Source: Chrysomallon squamiferum (taxonomy: Eukaryota > Animalia > Mollusca). From it: DNA of 64,000 nucleotides. Of the stretch, positions 40,815-54,209 are shown piece after piece. The translations under genes and the position numbers were made by a program. The stretch's first letter is position 1. Every line of letters starts with the position of its first letter. Location: contig CM022670.1 in assembly GCA_012295275.1 (NCBI GenBank), forward strand, positions 31,620,001 to 31,684,000, in the 5' to 3' direction. The notes under the pieces were generated by a model. The model had not been told where the DNA came from, made no database searches, and saw only the letters and a program-made list of their open reading frames with translations.

Positions 40815-42356
40815 ATTTGTTTCTTCATTATTTCAGGTATCTTCTTGTTTCTTTCTCTTTTTTTCTTGGTTCTATTTATTTATTCACTTTTTTGTTGGTT
40901 TCTTCTGTTTCTTTTCTTTCTTTCTGTCTCTATGTCTGTATGTTTATGCATATTTATGTTCATCTTTATACCTATTCATTTATTAACCTCAACCAATTGT
41001 TTTGTGTCGTATACCATTATAAATAAGTATTAAATTAGAAATGTTAGAAGAAATCACAGTTAAACTGTATGCAAATTTAGATTCATTCGCAATTTGTCTG
41101 CCCATTCCGTTATTTCCAGAGATGTTTAGTGGTTAGACGACACACCTTTGTAACATTACATCTTTTCGCTTCTTACATATTATGCATACATTACAGTGTA
41201 TATTTCGTATATAATGAAATCACTAATAATTCTGTCATCACGTATGTCAATAAGTAATGCTTAAAATATTTCTGTCGATACAAGCAAATACTCGGGAAAG
41301 TATGTACTTGAACGCACGCATTCTCCCTGGTCAATAATTATACATGTAGTTGTCTTTCTTCGACTGGCATTGTACTGTCGAAATGTGATAAACAAACAAA
41401 CAAAACAAATATAAAGCATTTTTTGTTTTTATCCAGGACACTTTATTACAATTTACAGAATTAGATTTTCCCTTTGGAGAACGAAAGAAAGAAAAAACAA
41501 TAACATTAACACAACTACATGACATCGAATTTAAAATAATAAAAAATGATTGTTTGAAAGGTTAATATTGTAATAACATGTTATGCGAGCATTTTTAAAC
41601 TGGCATGCTCTACATGTGTCCGTCTCTTGCTATGTCCGATTTCAAAACTGCATACTTTTCCTCGAGTGAAATGAAAACCATCATCAGTGAAATATAATGT
41701 TAACTTATATCAGAAACAAAGCAAAGTGTTTTTTCACTTCAAGATTAAGTGGTTTTATAATGCGGTATATATATGGCTCTGAAGTTTTTGTTCAGTTATA
41801 TTTCGAATTATTGCAATTTCACAGTATGGTTCTATAGTTTTGTTTGACAAATATCCATGATTCTTTTTTTCATGTTTCAAAATGGATTCTTTAGATCTTT
41901 TTAGCATTTAATATTATAATTAGTTAACATAAAATAAAAATAAAATAATAACAAATAAAAATAATTCTGAATTCACCGTGTTATGACAAAATACATGCAA
42001 AAAAATATTTTCTTTTCTGATAATACAGTTACTGAATATATATTCATTAATACTGTTTCGTAATTTCAGATTTGCCAATTAAAATCTCTTTGGCATATAA
42101 AGTAATAGCTAGCCGTCCAAAATATTCATAATTCCTCGATACGGGCGGCTTAATCAAGAAAGTTCATTATTAACAAGCACTAATTATTTTTCATCTAAAA
42201 TGTTTCTTGTTCAGCATTGTGCGTTTAGGAATTTACATAACAATCCTTTTTAAAAAAAATTCCCCAGTGCATCTTGTTAGATGCAATACACCAACTAAAC
42301 GGAATTGTTATCGACAACAAAGTGCTTTTCACCAATAAATATTTCCATTCGTTCAC

Positions 42357-42786
42357 TCAGACGAATTCATCACTTTTCCACTTGAGGCGGGTGAACTGAG
42401 GTGATTTTTGTAAAGACACCAGTGATTTCGTTCTTGAAGTAAAGTCTAGAAAGTCACTCTCTGATCGAGGAATACCAACATGGAACTTCCGGTGTTTCAT
42501 TGTGACGTCAGTAAGGGACGTTGCACTTCCTTCCAAACTACTCACATCAGACCTAGATCCCTGCAGTTGATACATACAGCGTAACTGCAAAATACTGGCT
42601 CGCAAATCAACGAACTGTTTCAGTAAACATTTGTCTTGTTCTTTCATCTGAAGCTGAAAAATATTAAAATAAAATAATGTTAATGGTACTTAACCTTATA
42701 TCGAAAGGTAGTCAGACAAATGGGATAATTATATTTTGTAAATGTCTACATGCTAGCGTTATCTATCATCATCCTTTTTTTAATTT

Positions 42787-42839
<53 letters not shown>

Positions 42840-44208
42840 ATAAAGAATGAAAATAAAATAATAAAATACGATGATTTCCAGTTTTATTATTCGTAACGTA
42901 ATTTATTATAAACACATATTAAAGAAATAATTTACTTAGTTTATTAGTTTTGCTTTTTATTTGTTATTTCACGTTTGTTTTCTTGTTCAAGTTTATTTTT
43001 TTCATCGTTGATACTCTCCTTCCAATTTCCTCCATCCAAAAAAACACACAAAAAAAAACCACTAATGAAAGTAAATAAGTTTTATTTTAAAAAGGCAACG
43101 CCTCTGTAGAAATACAGTTCCGTGTTTTTTCTTAAAACATTCGGCAGTATGGTTACAATAGCTTGAGCATGTCCAGCGGGAAATTATATTTGTTTTTGGA
43201 AACTGATTAAACGGGGCGTGAAACCTTAGTCAACATACATGCGTGTACAGAACATGAAGGCAAACATGTAGATATGTCAGCCTATAGAAACATCAAACAA
43301 CAAAGTAAAGCGTGCGTAGGCTTAAGTGTACAAACTACAGAAAGATCACAGGACTTGTATAGAGACCACATGACTAGAGCTTTACCAGGAACTACAACAT
43401 TCACGTGTCCCCATAAACCGATAAAAAATAAAATGATGAAAACTAATTAGATGAATACATTTTTTATTTAATTTAATTTATTTATTTATGTTTGTTTGTT
43501 TATTTATTTAATATTTTTATTATCATCATCATTCATTCATGTTGTTTATCTGCAATAAGCAATAACTGATTTAATAAATTTACAAAAGACAAATTTAAGT
43601 TAATTTTACAGAAATAATAAACTTTAAGAACCATATAATTCTTCATGAAAGAAGAAAAAAAATGTTATCCACTTTTTTAAAAGCATTTTTTCCATTCCAA
43701 TTTTATTTTAAATAATAATAATAATAATTATTATTATTGTAAAAAAATCGCACCCCCCCCACACACACGTGAATGCATTTATATTCAGTTCTATGAGAAA
43801 ATACTTCGTAGCTTTTCAAAAGTTGTTACATGACACAACAATGGTTCCAAACCTCTCTCTGGGTAAGCTGTAAAGTAGCACCCACGCACTGAATGAATAG
43901 TGAAAATAACTTCACCTTCCATAGACCTATAATAGCTAAATCGTGACTTCCTTTTAATTGTTTTCATTCCGGAAGGCCTAAAAGCGTAAACAGCACACCT
44001 GAGTCACCTGGACATGCTAGATCTTCGGGGACTGTTGACATTTACATTGGCCATAACATAACAAGCCAACAAATTGCACGAAAACAAATAAGAGACAGCA
44101 AGCATTAGTAAAACAAATAATAACTAATTCGAGAAAGGAAAGAAATTTGGAATGATGTTCTAAACACGTCAGTGGTGCGGTGTTTGACTCAGAAACTATT
44201 TTCAACTA

Positions 44209-44286
<78 letters not shown>

Positions 44287-46308
44287 CTCAGCTCGCTCAC
44301 TGATTCTCTCTTTCACATACACTAACTAAAATAAATGGCACAATAATTGACTGACTATGTAACTTTACTCAAAATAATTATCACCCGTCGAAAACTCGGC
44401 ATAAATGAGTATGTTAAAGACGTCGTCGAATAAACGATAACATTTGTGACAAGTGGAACACGTGGGATTTTCACAGACGTAAATAAAAACTCGAATGAAA
44501 ATAACTATCCATTTATTTATCGTGAACCTTGAACATGGCAAAATACATTTTAAAGAAGTGAAAAGAAGGTGACATTGGTGGTAAATACACGCTTTTAACA
44601 AACAGCTACTTGTGTGAAAACTGTAGAACAAGATGTATAAAATAAACACAGCGACAGATAATCTACCAAATCCGCTTCCTAAATAAAGTTCTTCGTCTTA
44701 GCTCTGTTGACAGATATTTATTATCCTTTGTTTGAGAATTACAAAATTAATGTTTTATCGGTGTATGCATCAGTTTCCAAGAATAGCAAATTTAAGTAAT
44801 AGTTACACATTTGAAGTCGATAATATAAATACCGAAAGTTAGTATTATTTAATTTTTAAACATGTCATAGACAAGACTGGAAATTTATACTGGTTTTTAG
44901 ACAGAGCTCTTTCTTTCATTACAAATAATTTGAAACGAAGTCATTCAATTCTGAACTACAAATGACATAATTTTTTTTTTAAAATGTAATTTAGGGACTA
45001 CTAATATTTTACGTGTACATGACTGAAATATATTATTTTCATTTATAACGATAAAATGTATATACTTAGTAGTCTTCAAGTTGGTGAATTAATTAGACGT
45101 TGTTCTAAAGTACAGAAAACTGAACATTATATTTTTAGCTATTGACCTAGTGTTCAGTTAATGGTTGACGCCATCATACTTGTGGAAGTTCAAAATAAAA
45201 TGCACTATATACACACAAAAAAAACGACCAATAACAACGATGAAAAAAAAAATGACAACAAGCAAAAAACATGTCTTTGGATCCTTTTAAAGTTTTGACA
45301 TTTTATAACTTTTCTGATTACATTAACGAAAATGCTTGTGCCTACTAGGTAAAAGGTTCATTTAAGATTTTTTATGTTTAACGAGCTTTGATTTCATTGC
45401 ATTTTGTTTGGTTAGGAAAGGCTTGACTTGGCTTCAGATTTCGAAAATAAATTCGCCAAAATGCTAACAATAATCTCTTTGTTTCGTTGATACTACCAAT
45501 TCAAACATTTTGTTTCCTATGAATTTAAAGTATGTTAGATTTTCAGTTGTGTAACCTTTATCTAAAAATATTAGACATTTAAAAAAATAATATTTGTGAA
45601 TCATGAAATAACAAAATTATTTTCCGATCAATAAAACAAATTTGTCAATACAAAGAAAAAAGGTTTGTATTTGTTGGCAAACATTTAACTTATTTTTGTT
45701 TTTGTGTTTTTGGTTTATTTGTTTATTTATTTATATATATATATATATTTTTTTTTTTTGAAAGAAAAACGACAACATAATATATAAGCACCCAAATATA
45801 AAAAATACTTCTGTCATATGAGACTCATAAACGTGTATTTTTAGCTTTTCATAATACAAATTTAAAAATTTGCTATGAGTAACCAAATTCTTAAAGTAAA
45901 CATAACCTCAAAATGAACAAGACAAACAAACGCTGAGCTGTTTGTTGGCTAAACGCTCTTCGTTTGAAGACAGCGATGAAACATCAAGTTTTACCGTTTG
46001 AAAATTTTTTTAAAAAATCAAAAATTAAACAAACATACTATTTCTTGTCTAATCCATTTCAAAGCGATGCCAAGGTCTTTTTCTCTGGAAATGAGGTCAT
46101 CAGTCAGTCCGTTTCTAGATTCGTGAGTTTTTGCCTTAATGAGGTGTTCTTTGTATCGTGGGGGTAATGTCACGTTGCACTGTGGCTCGTCTGACGCCGA
46201 TTTCACATCTTCGCACGAAGGTTCGGCTGTTAGCATGGATATACTGCGGTCTGACGAAACCAGCACTGTGGCTCCCAACTCGCCTTCTTCAGTGCAAACA
46301 CTTCTCAT
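42357..46308 (-). CDS. FAM167 (DUF3259)-like small coiled-coil protein, 188 aa
   Basis: Exons 46308-46039 (acaaacaATG; donor gtatgt, phase 0) and 42653-42357 join into LGIALKWIRQEI|LQMKEQDKCLLKQFVDLRASILQLR. This parallels the FAM167 core ALEWLRxELxEMRxQDxxLARQLMxLRxxIxxLK. An upstream acceptor near 46347 and a donor at 48076 (gtgagt) suggest a non-coding first exon. Confidence 0.7.
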
Positions 46309-46429
46309 TGTTTGTAAGATGTTAATATTACTGAAAGGTAACACATTCTGAGAGTTAAATATAATACTGAAGTTTTAATATTGATAAAAAATGATTAATG
46401 TCATCTACTAAGTTTCGTTCTGCTACTGC

Positions 46430-46608
46430 TCCTGCTATTGCCGATACCGCTACCATTACCATTATGACAACCACCATTACTACTACTAGTACCTCTACCA
46501 CCACTACTACTACTAGTACCTCTACTACTACTAGTATTTCTACCACCACTACTACTAGTAGTACCTCTACCACCACTACTACTAGTATTTCTATCACCAC
46601 TACCACTA
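46430..46608. repeat. (ACT/ACC)n low-complexity trinucleotide tract
   Basis: Read directly from the sequence. It produces spurious poly-T and poly-V ORFs. A similar tract lies at 49960-50100. Confidence 0.85.
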
Positions 46609-47509
46609 ATAAAATAAAGAAAAAATATAATTTGTTATTTCTTAAAATATGCATGGTTCAGTTAAATGGTAGGTCTCAGTGAGGACGTAGAATTCACTCT
46701 GAACGATTCTGAAACTGTTGCATCAAAAGCTTGTAGTGTTTTAACTACTGCTAACCGACAGCAGCTTAGTTCTCTCTCATATATAAAACGTTCAAAATCA
46801 ACAGGTTTCACACATCGAGCGCTTTAACCATAACCCTAAAATATATATTAAAAAATTAAGAAATCTGATTTTGAGACTGTGGCCCGATGTGTATGCTTCA
46901 GCATAATAACTGTTTCAGTGCAACAATTATAAAAAGTATATCGTGTAAAAATAGTCTCTACGGTGAGTAATGTAGCCTTTACAAAGTATAAGAGAATATG
47001 ATTTCAAAGATCTTTAGTAAAACATTTCTTTGAAAATTCTCACAAACGTAAAAATGAATATCCCATATTTGTGCTGTAAACAATCGATCCAATAACCGTC
47101 AATGATCAAATATATTTCAAAATACTGTACGTGTTATAATTTAATATTACATTTCCTAGTATTAAAACATTAAACATACACATATTTGGTGTAATAACCA
47201 CCAAAAGAATTAAACATTGTACGTGCTATCAGTGTAAACATAATATTTACTTTTAAAGCTATTGTTAAAAAATACTTGATAATTAACTTTTTGAAATTAA
47301 TTTTAGTCCATTTTGTCACAAACTTCGCATGATCTCCGATAGTTAAGCTCATTTTATTCTGTTTTTCAGCAAGCTATAGGTTTTAGTGGTTAACATGATA
47401 TATACAGACAGCGTTTATGATTAATTAATAGATGATTACATAAAAACCATTTACAACATAAGTGCCAGTAATAATGCTGCAGGGATAAAAGGTGCGGAGA
47501 CTATGATAC

Positions 47510-48060
47510 ATTTATCTACATGTAAACTGTTATAATGTTAATATACAACACCATGATAAATCTATATATATATAATTTTAATATTCTAACATATTATGAT
47601 AAATCTATCTTAATGTGAAGTTTAAATAATATAAAATACTATGTTAAATCCCTCTGTATGTAAACTGATTTTACAATATTAATATTATAACATATTTATA
47701 TACGTATATTGTTTTTATATTATTAGTATACAACACCGTGATACATTTCTAGCATATATTAAAATACATCTATGTAAACAGATTATATAATATTAATATG
47801 ATAACATATTATGTTAAATGTATCTACATGTAAAATACTTTTATAATATTAGTATTGTAACAAACTGTGACAAATCTTCATGTAAACTGTTGTAAATATA
47901 ATGATATATTTATATACATGTATAGTTTTTATATTAATATATAATATTATGCTAAATCTTTGAACATTTTAAATATGTTTATTAATTATAACAACTGTGA
48001 TAAATCTCTTTATATAACATTTATAACACACTATGGCATATCTATGTACAATATAACAAC
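47510..48060. repeat. Degenerate AT-rich minisatellite (~45-50 bp unit)
   Basis: Recurrent tcta(c)atgtaaactg...taatattaatat..aaca...(a/g)tgataaatc motifs over about 550 bp. Confidence 0.6.
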
Positions 48061-48439
48061 ATAAAACTGTACTCACTAAGCTGGCGGTTTCTTCTTTTGA
48101 CAAGTGAAGATGTTTTCACGTTTAAAGTGTTTTTATTTATTTTGTTCACATAAAACAGATCTACCTTATTGAAAACCTAAGTTCCATTTATGTCCGCGTT
48201 TGAGTGACACTTGTAACTCGTATTCAATTAATAGCAATTAGACCTTCTTCGCAGTACAGTGGCACATGAGCTTTTGTGTTTTCGTAAACGATTTCTTTGA
48301 CAATAGAACCAATTTAAAGCTGAGAGTGCTGTCACAACTTCTCAATAATCTGTCAGAAGAGAGCAATAAAGCTGACGGTAGTGTTTTATGATGATCCCCT
48401 TTTGTCGCCTACTTTTCGTTTTGCTTAACTTCGTAAATG

Positions 48440-48760
48440 GTCGTTCAAACGTCACCTCTAGCTTTTTTAAGTTAGCGGATGAAGGGCTTCCTACGAGCTT
48501 CCTTTATTGTCAGTTCTCTAGTAATTGTTGAAGGTGTTGTGCTAAAGTTCCGCGCGTTCCTCGCTTAGAAACACAAACAGACAATTCCGCGCGACTGGAT
48601 GACTTCAGATTACGCTTGTTTGTTGTTGTGCCGAAACAGGGCACGTTTTCCTGGTCACATGACTTGTCAGTCACGCTTGTCATCAGTGACGTGTGCAGGT
48701 GTGTTGGCGAATGGTGAATGTCTGCACTGTTTACGGCATAAACTCTCACCGAACTTTTCT
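48440..48760 (-). promoter_or_regulatory. Probable promoter of the FAM167-like gene
   Basis: CpG-rich patch upstream of the predicted non-coding exon, with CRE/AP-1-like sites ACGTCA (48449), TGACTTCA (48600) and TGACGT (48687), plus TCACATGA. Confidence 0.4.
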
Positions 48761-51700
48761 TGTTAAACATTCAAAGAAATATCTTCTCTGTATATATTTT
48801 CTTATTTTGTGTTTTCTTTCCTGTTATTTTTTTTCTATCCATTTGGTTTTTTGATGGTGCCGTTTTTACTTTTCCCATCTTTTGTTTGTTTGTTTTTATC
48901 TTCAGTGTGCATCCGCTTGCGTATGAGTGTTATGTGTGCACGTATTCTACTATTATTACTGCTACTGCTGCTGATACTACCACCACTACCATTACAACAA
49001 CCACTATTATTGTAGCAACGTCTTTTTTTGTATGTGCGTTTTTAAAATAACTGACATTTTTTAAATTTGGATTCTTTTATGATTTTATGAAAAATTGTAA
49101 TGAATATATTGCTATAAATAAAGAAAACTCACCCACTCAATTATTTTAACATATTAATTACACTGACTGATTAACAAGAGCACTGTAGCTTTATTTTGTT
49201 CGGCTTGGGTATTGAGTTTATAGTACTGGATTCAGCTTACTCAGTTCACGGGAGAACTTCTGTTGGACTGTTCTCTGTATTTTTCTGTACTTCTGTTGAA
49301 AAGAGATGGGCTGGGCACGTGAAGAATATCGCGTTAGATATGCTTTAGATTTACTTAATTTCATATACTTAAATTAAACACTTTTATTTTGTATATGTCA
49401 GATACTGTAGATATTAATTCTATTAAGGTGAAATTACTATCTTAATTATACATTTTAGTGTTGTTGAAATTAACACTTCAGAGATTGTTTATTTCATGTT
49501 TTATATTATTAGATTATTATTTCATGCTTATTATATTATTGTATTATTTTTTTTTTTTGATTTATATAATAAAAAGGGTTTGCTTGAACACTGGTTTCAG
49601 CTACTAGCTATGTAATATAATTTAATGTATTTCTTTTATAATTTAACTATTTATACATACAACTGTATATATATATGCACACTTGTATATACATATTTAT
49701 ATATGTATGTGTGAGTGTGTATATATATATACACACACAAAACACACACACACGGTTTAATTTTACGAGAATAAATAAAATATTTTATTCATATGAGTTA
49801 ATTTTGAATCTGATGCATTGCATATATTTTTTGTATTTTCTCTTATGTGGTTTCTCTTTTAATAATTTCTTTTCTTTTCTTCTTCTACTTCTATTTAAAA
49901 AAAAAAAAAAAATTATTATCTGTTAACTGATTTTAACCACTGAATGTTTTCATCATCACAGTCACCACTACTGTTTCTACCGCTACCACCACTATTACCA
50001 CTATAACTACTACAACTGCCTTCATTACCATTAATAATAATACTGCCACTACGACTACTACAACCACTACCACCACTGCTACTATCATCACAACGCCATT
50101 ATCATAGTTAATATTTTACTACAATAACAAAAAGTACATTACAATTTCATTATTTTATTTCATTTTTTCTCCCTCTGATCCCGTTAGTCACACGCCATTT
50201 TAAACAGTTTTTATACCTGGCACAGTATAACATTGTATCACACAGAGGATTTGTGTGTGACGTAAGGAACGTTTACAAAGTGTGATTCAATCACTGTTTG
50301 CCGTTGGCAGGTGAATAATAACAGGGAATCTGACGTCGTCATTAACGTTACCCCAGGCTCTTGTTTTGGACATTTTTTTTTTTATTATATATATATTCTC
50401 GATACATAATATATTATAGACGTAATAAAATGTTTAATAAATAAATTGTATTAATTAATGAATTGATAGTAATAATAACTGTTAATATTTATTTATTTAC
50501 TTTTTATTTTCGTTTTCCATATTATCGCCATTATCGTGAACATTTTAAGTTTTTCTTTTTTTTCTGTTGTTGTTGTTCTTAGTATTATTATCATTAACTC
50601 ACTTCTAAATTTAAATTTATTTATTTAATTATTTTAATAATTATTTATTTCGATTGAAATGTTTAGTTCTTATATATTTTTCACGTTATCACCATTTACG
50701 TCAACGTCTTAATAATCTTCTTCCTTAACTTTTTGCTTTTATTGTAGATTTTCATACTAATAATCCACGTAAACATTTTTTTGTGCTATATTCTGATGGG
50801 CACACTATTTCAAGTGATTTATTTAGTTATATTTATGCTTACTTATTAATTTACTTATAACAGTTGTTATTATTATTTACTAATATTACTTATTCATTTA
50901 TTTATTGTTATTGTTGTTGTTGTTAATTCATACAGCAGTTTTGAATAGCACTGCCGTGATTCATCATGTACGCAAGCTGATATATTGTTGTGGTGAGAAA
51001 AAACAACTTTACAACTTTAGATTCCGTTAAATAGTTGATAACGTACAAACATCCTTATTTAATATCACTGTTTAGAAACATAAAAATGTTTTCCGGCTCT
51101 GTTAACATGAGCTGCAGTAACAACATGTTGATAAGTCAAGTCACTTATCTCACATTAACATCATACCAGGTATAAGAAAAAGCAAAGGCTTGTACGTCAT
51201 ATATTCTTTTTAAATTTGCGTTTTTCTTTTAGCATATCTTTTATTGCCGAACGTAAGGAAATCTCCATTTATATTTTAAAAGCTTTTCCATAACATCTTT
51301 ACATTAGTATAAAAATGCTAACTAGATGCGGTACAATACCATATCGCACCTGTTAGATCGTTATCTGTGACAGTCATGACGTATCTCGCTGGTGACTAGG
51401 GGCACTGGGTGCATTCAGTTCGTCGGGTTCTGTCGAGACTCCGTTAGTATATCACCGTAGATGTCTCAATGTCACTGTGACAGACGCGACAGCTCTGATA
51501 AGTGAAGCGTTACAAACAAACAATTAAGCTGCAGTGTTGTTACGTTCAGTACGTATATATCAATATGAATAGTAACGTTTGTTTTGCTCATACCATTAGA
51601 ACATTTTGTTTTGTTCACTTCTTCGAAAAAACTCGGTTATAAACTTGTTGCATCCACAAGAGACATATTTATACGATTCTTTAATGGAAGCCTATTAAAA

Positions 51701-52297
51701 AAATAAATAAAATAAAAATAAAAATTCCCTCATATACGTTTATCGGCTATTGACGTAGCATGAAAAATTATGTTTCATATCATTATTAACAGTAACTATA
51801 AAAAATATAATGAAATATATAAATACGTAGATGAAATAATTAAATTAACTAAAAATAAAAAAACGACAAATACAATTTAAAAAACCATATATAAGTACAT
51901 TAAAATGAAAAAGAAAATTCTGTAAGCTGGATCGATATTCATTCTCTAATGATGGTGATGATGATAATAATTATTATCGTTATTATTATCATTATTATTA
52001 TTATAATTATAATAATTATTATCATCATCACCATTATAATCGTAGTCATCGTTATTATTATAGTCACATCATGATTATCATCAAGACCGCCGTCATCATC
52101 TTCATCATCATCGCATTATTATTATTATTATTATTATGGTTATGTTGTTGTTGCTGTCGTGGTTGTTATTTTATTTTAATTCTTACTGTTTGTATAAAAT
52201 ATATTTTCGAAAACTAACACATGTCTTTTTAAACAAGTCTTCACATGACTTCTAATCCATGTTATCAGATATTTGTCATTTCTTCAGAGTTTCTGTC

Positions 52298-54122
52298 ATG
52301 CTGTGGGTTGTTCTGTCGCTGTTATCTGTTGGTTATACTGCTGGTGGTAAGAATTATGATCTTTTGCCTAAATATATTTTCAGAAATCACACAAAATATA
52401 AAAGTTTAATTCCTGAATGGCGACCATAGACTATAATGTAAAAACGACCCAAGAATATTTTATTTAAACGAAAACTCGTCTCATTTAAAAAAAAGAACTG
52501 TTTTCATTATATCTGCAATAAATTTCAAAGGGGGAATGAACAGATTTTCAATTATCACGGTTTGTTCTACGTGCAGTGGAACAGACACTAGGAATTACCA
52601 TGACTTGAGTATAATATTATGGGAAAGAGTATTTTATTATAATTTATTGGGATCCTGAACGTTCAGGTGGTCAGCTCTAAAATATAATTTAAAAATTAAA
52701 TAGCTTTCACATACACATAGTTCAAACAAATTTAAAGATGAACTCTATCGCTTTGTCGTGAAATAAGTGAAACATATGTTGTGTTTTTATTTTTGTTGGA
52801 GTTTTTAATAGGTTTATTTCTCATTATGAATCTGCTCTGAAATCGTTTTCGAGAATTATAACAAAACGCATCAGTGTTAGGTTGTAGATATTAGCATCTA
52901 GCGGTTTCGTAAACAGCATAAACCAACCTTATTAAATCAGATGTAGGAAGTAAAAATTTGAAATGGTTAATCCTCGAAGCCTTACCTCTGAATTCATTGG
53001 TTGGCTGGTTAGCCAATCAGAACCGAGTATTTCCCCCAAGTTATGTTAAAATGTCTAATCATAGCCTAAAATAATAATGAGATAGATAACGTGTAAATGT
53101 TAAAGTTTAATTCCTTTACTTTCAATAGAGCAGCCCTGATATAAATAAAAATATATTTTTATATTCATAAAATGTTTATTATTTCAGTACTCTGTCCTAA
53201 TCCTGCCCAACACTGTCTTGTCGATGCTCTCAATGTAGTGTTTGACAACATAGGCTGTCTTGGTTGTCAAGGTGGTTGTGAATCGGGGTACATACTGACC
53301 AGTAACCCAAACGTCTACAAAAAGACAGATGATCCTCAAGGACATTACCTGTACAATGGCGTGACTATTCCAAACAACAAGAATGTGTAGGTATTATGAA
53401 GAAGAATTTAAACGAAAAAAATAAAAATAAAAATTAAAATTAAAAAACCCCAAAACAATGAAACAACAGCAACAACACACACAAACATATTCTACAGCTA
53501 TTTAGTTTCTGTTTCCAATTTATAGCTATAGTAGAAGTCCCCCCCAACCCTCCCAACAACAACAACAACAACAACAAATTTGACAAATAAAACCAAAAAC
53601 CAAAACGAAATACATTTCACATTAAATCAGTGTATTTGATAAGTTATTACTATCGGGAAGTTTTAGTTAACAAATATATGCTTCCTATAACTCACATTTG
53701 AGACGAAATGCTTAAGATATATATAAAACAAATTTCCTCTATTAATCTCGGAGAAAGAGTCATTAAAACATTTAATATGACACATAACTCTGGTCTTATC
53801 AAAAAATATGTTCCTCATAGATATAAATTCGGATAAAGCATATTTACGGTCTTATATTATAAAATCTTCTTCTTTTTCTTCTTCTTAATATTATTATTAT
53901 TATTATTATTATTTATGTTGTTGGTGTTGTTGTTTATTTAATAAATTTATATAGGTCAGAACCACAATGGCTTTGCAATCCAGGAGATCATTGTCATGCA
54001 GGGTTCTATAAATCTTCCATGAATGGCCGTGTATCATGTGAATGTAAGCTTATTAATTTTATAATATGGCTAATTAATTAATTACACGCACGCACATATA
54101 CATACGCAAATTGTTTCTCCAC

Positions 54123-54209
<87 letters not shown>

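Noticed and set aside
40604-41033. ERER/SLSL ORFs (also at 54082-54371 and 57222-57507)
   Set aside because: These are translations of (GA)n microsatellites.
46355-46682. Mucin-like poly-Thr and poly-Val ORFs
   Set aside because: They derive from a trinucleotide low-complexity tract in an intron, with no splice or codon support.
53388-53390. In-frame TAG suggesting a pseudogene or read-through in the Cys-rich gene
   Set aside because: The phase-2 donor GT|GTAGGT removes it and restores the frame with the next exon in both modules.
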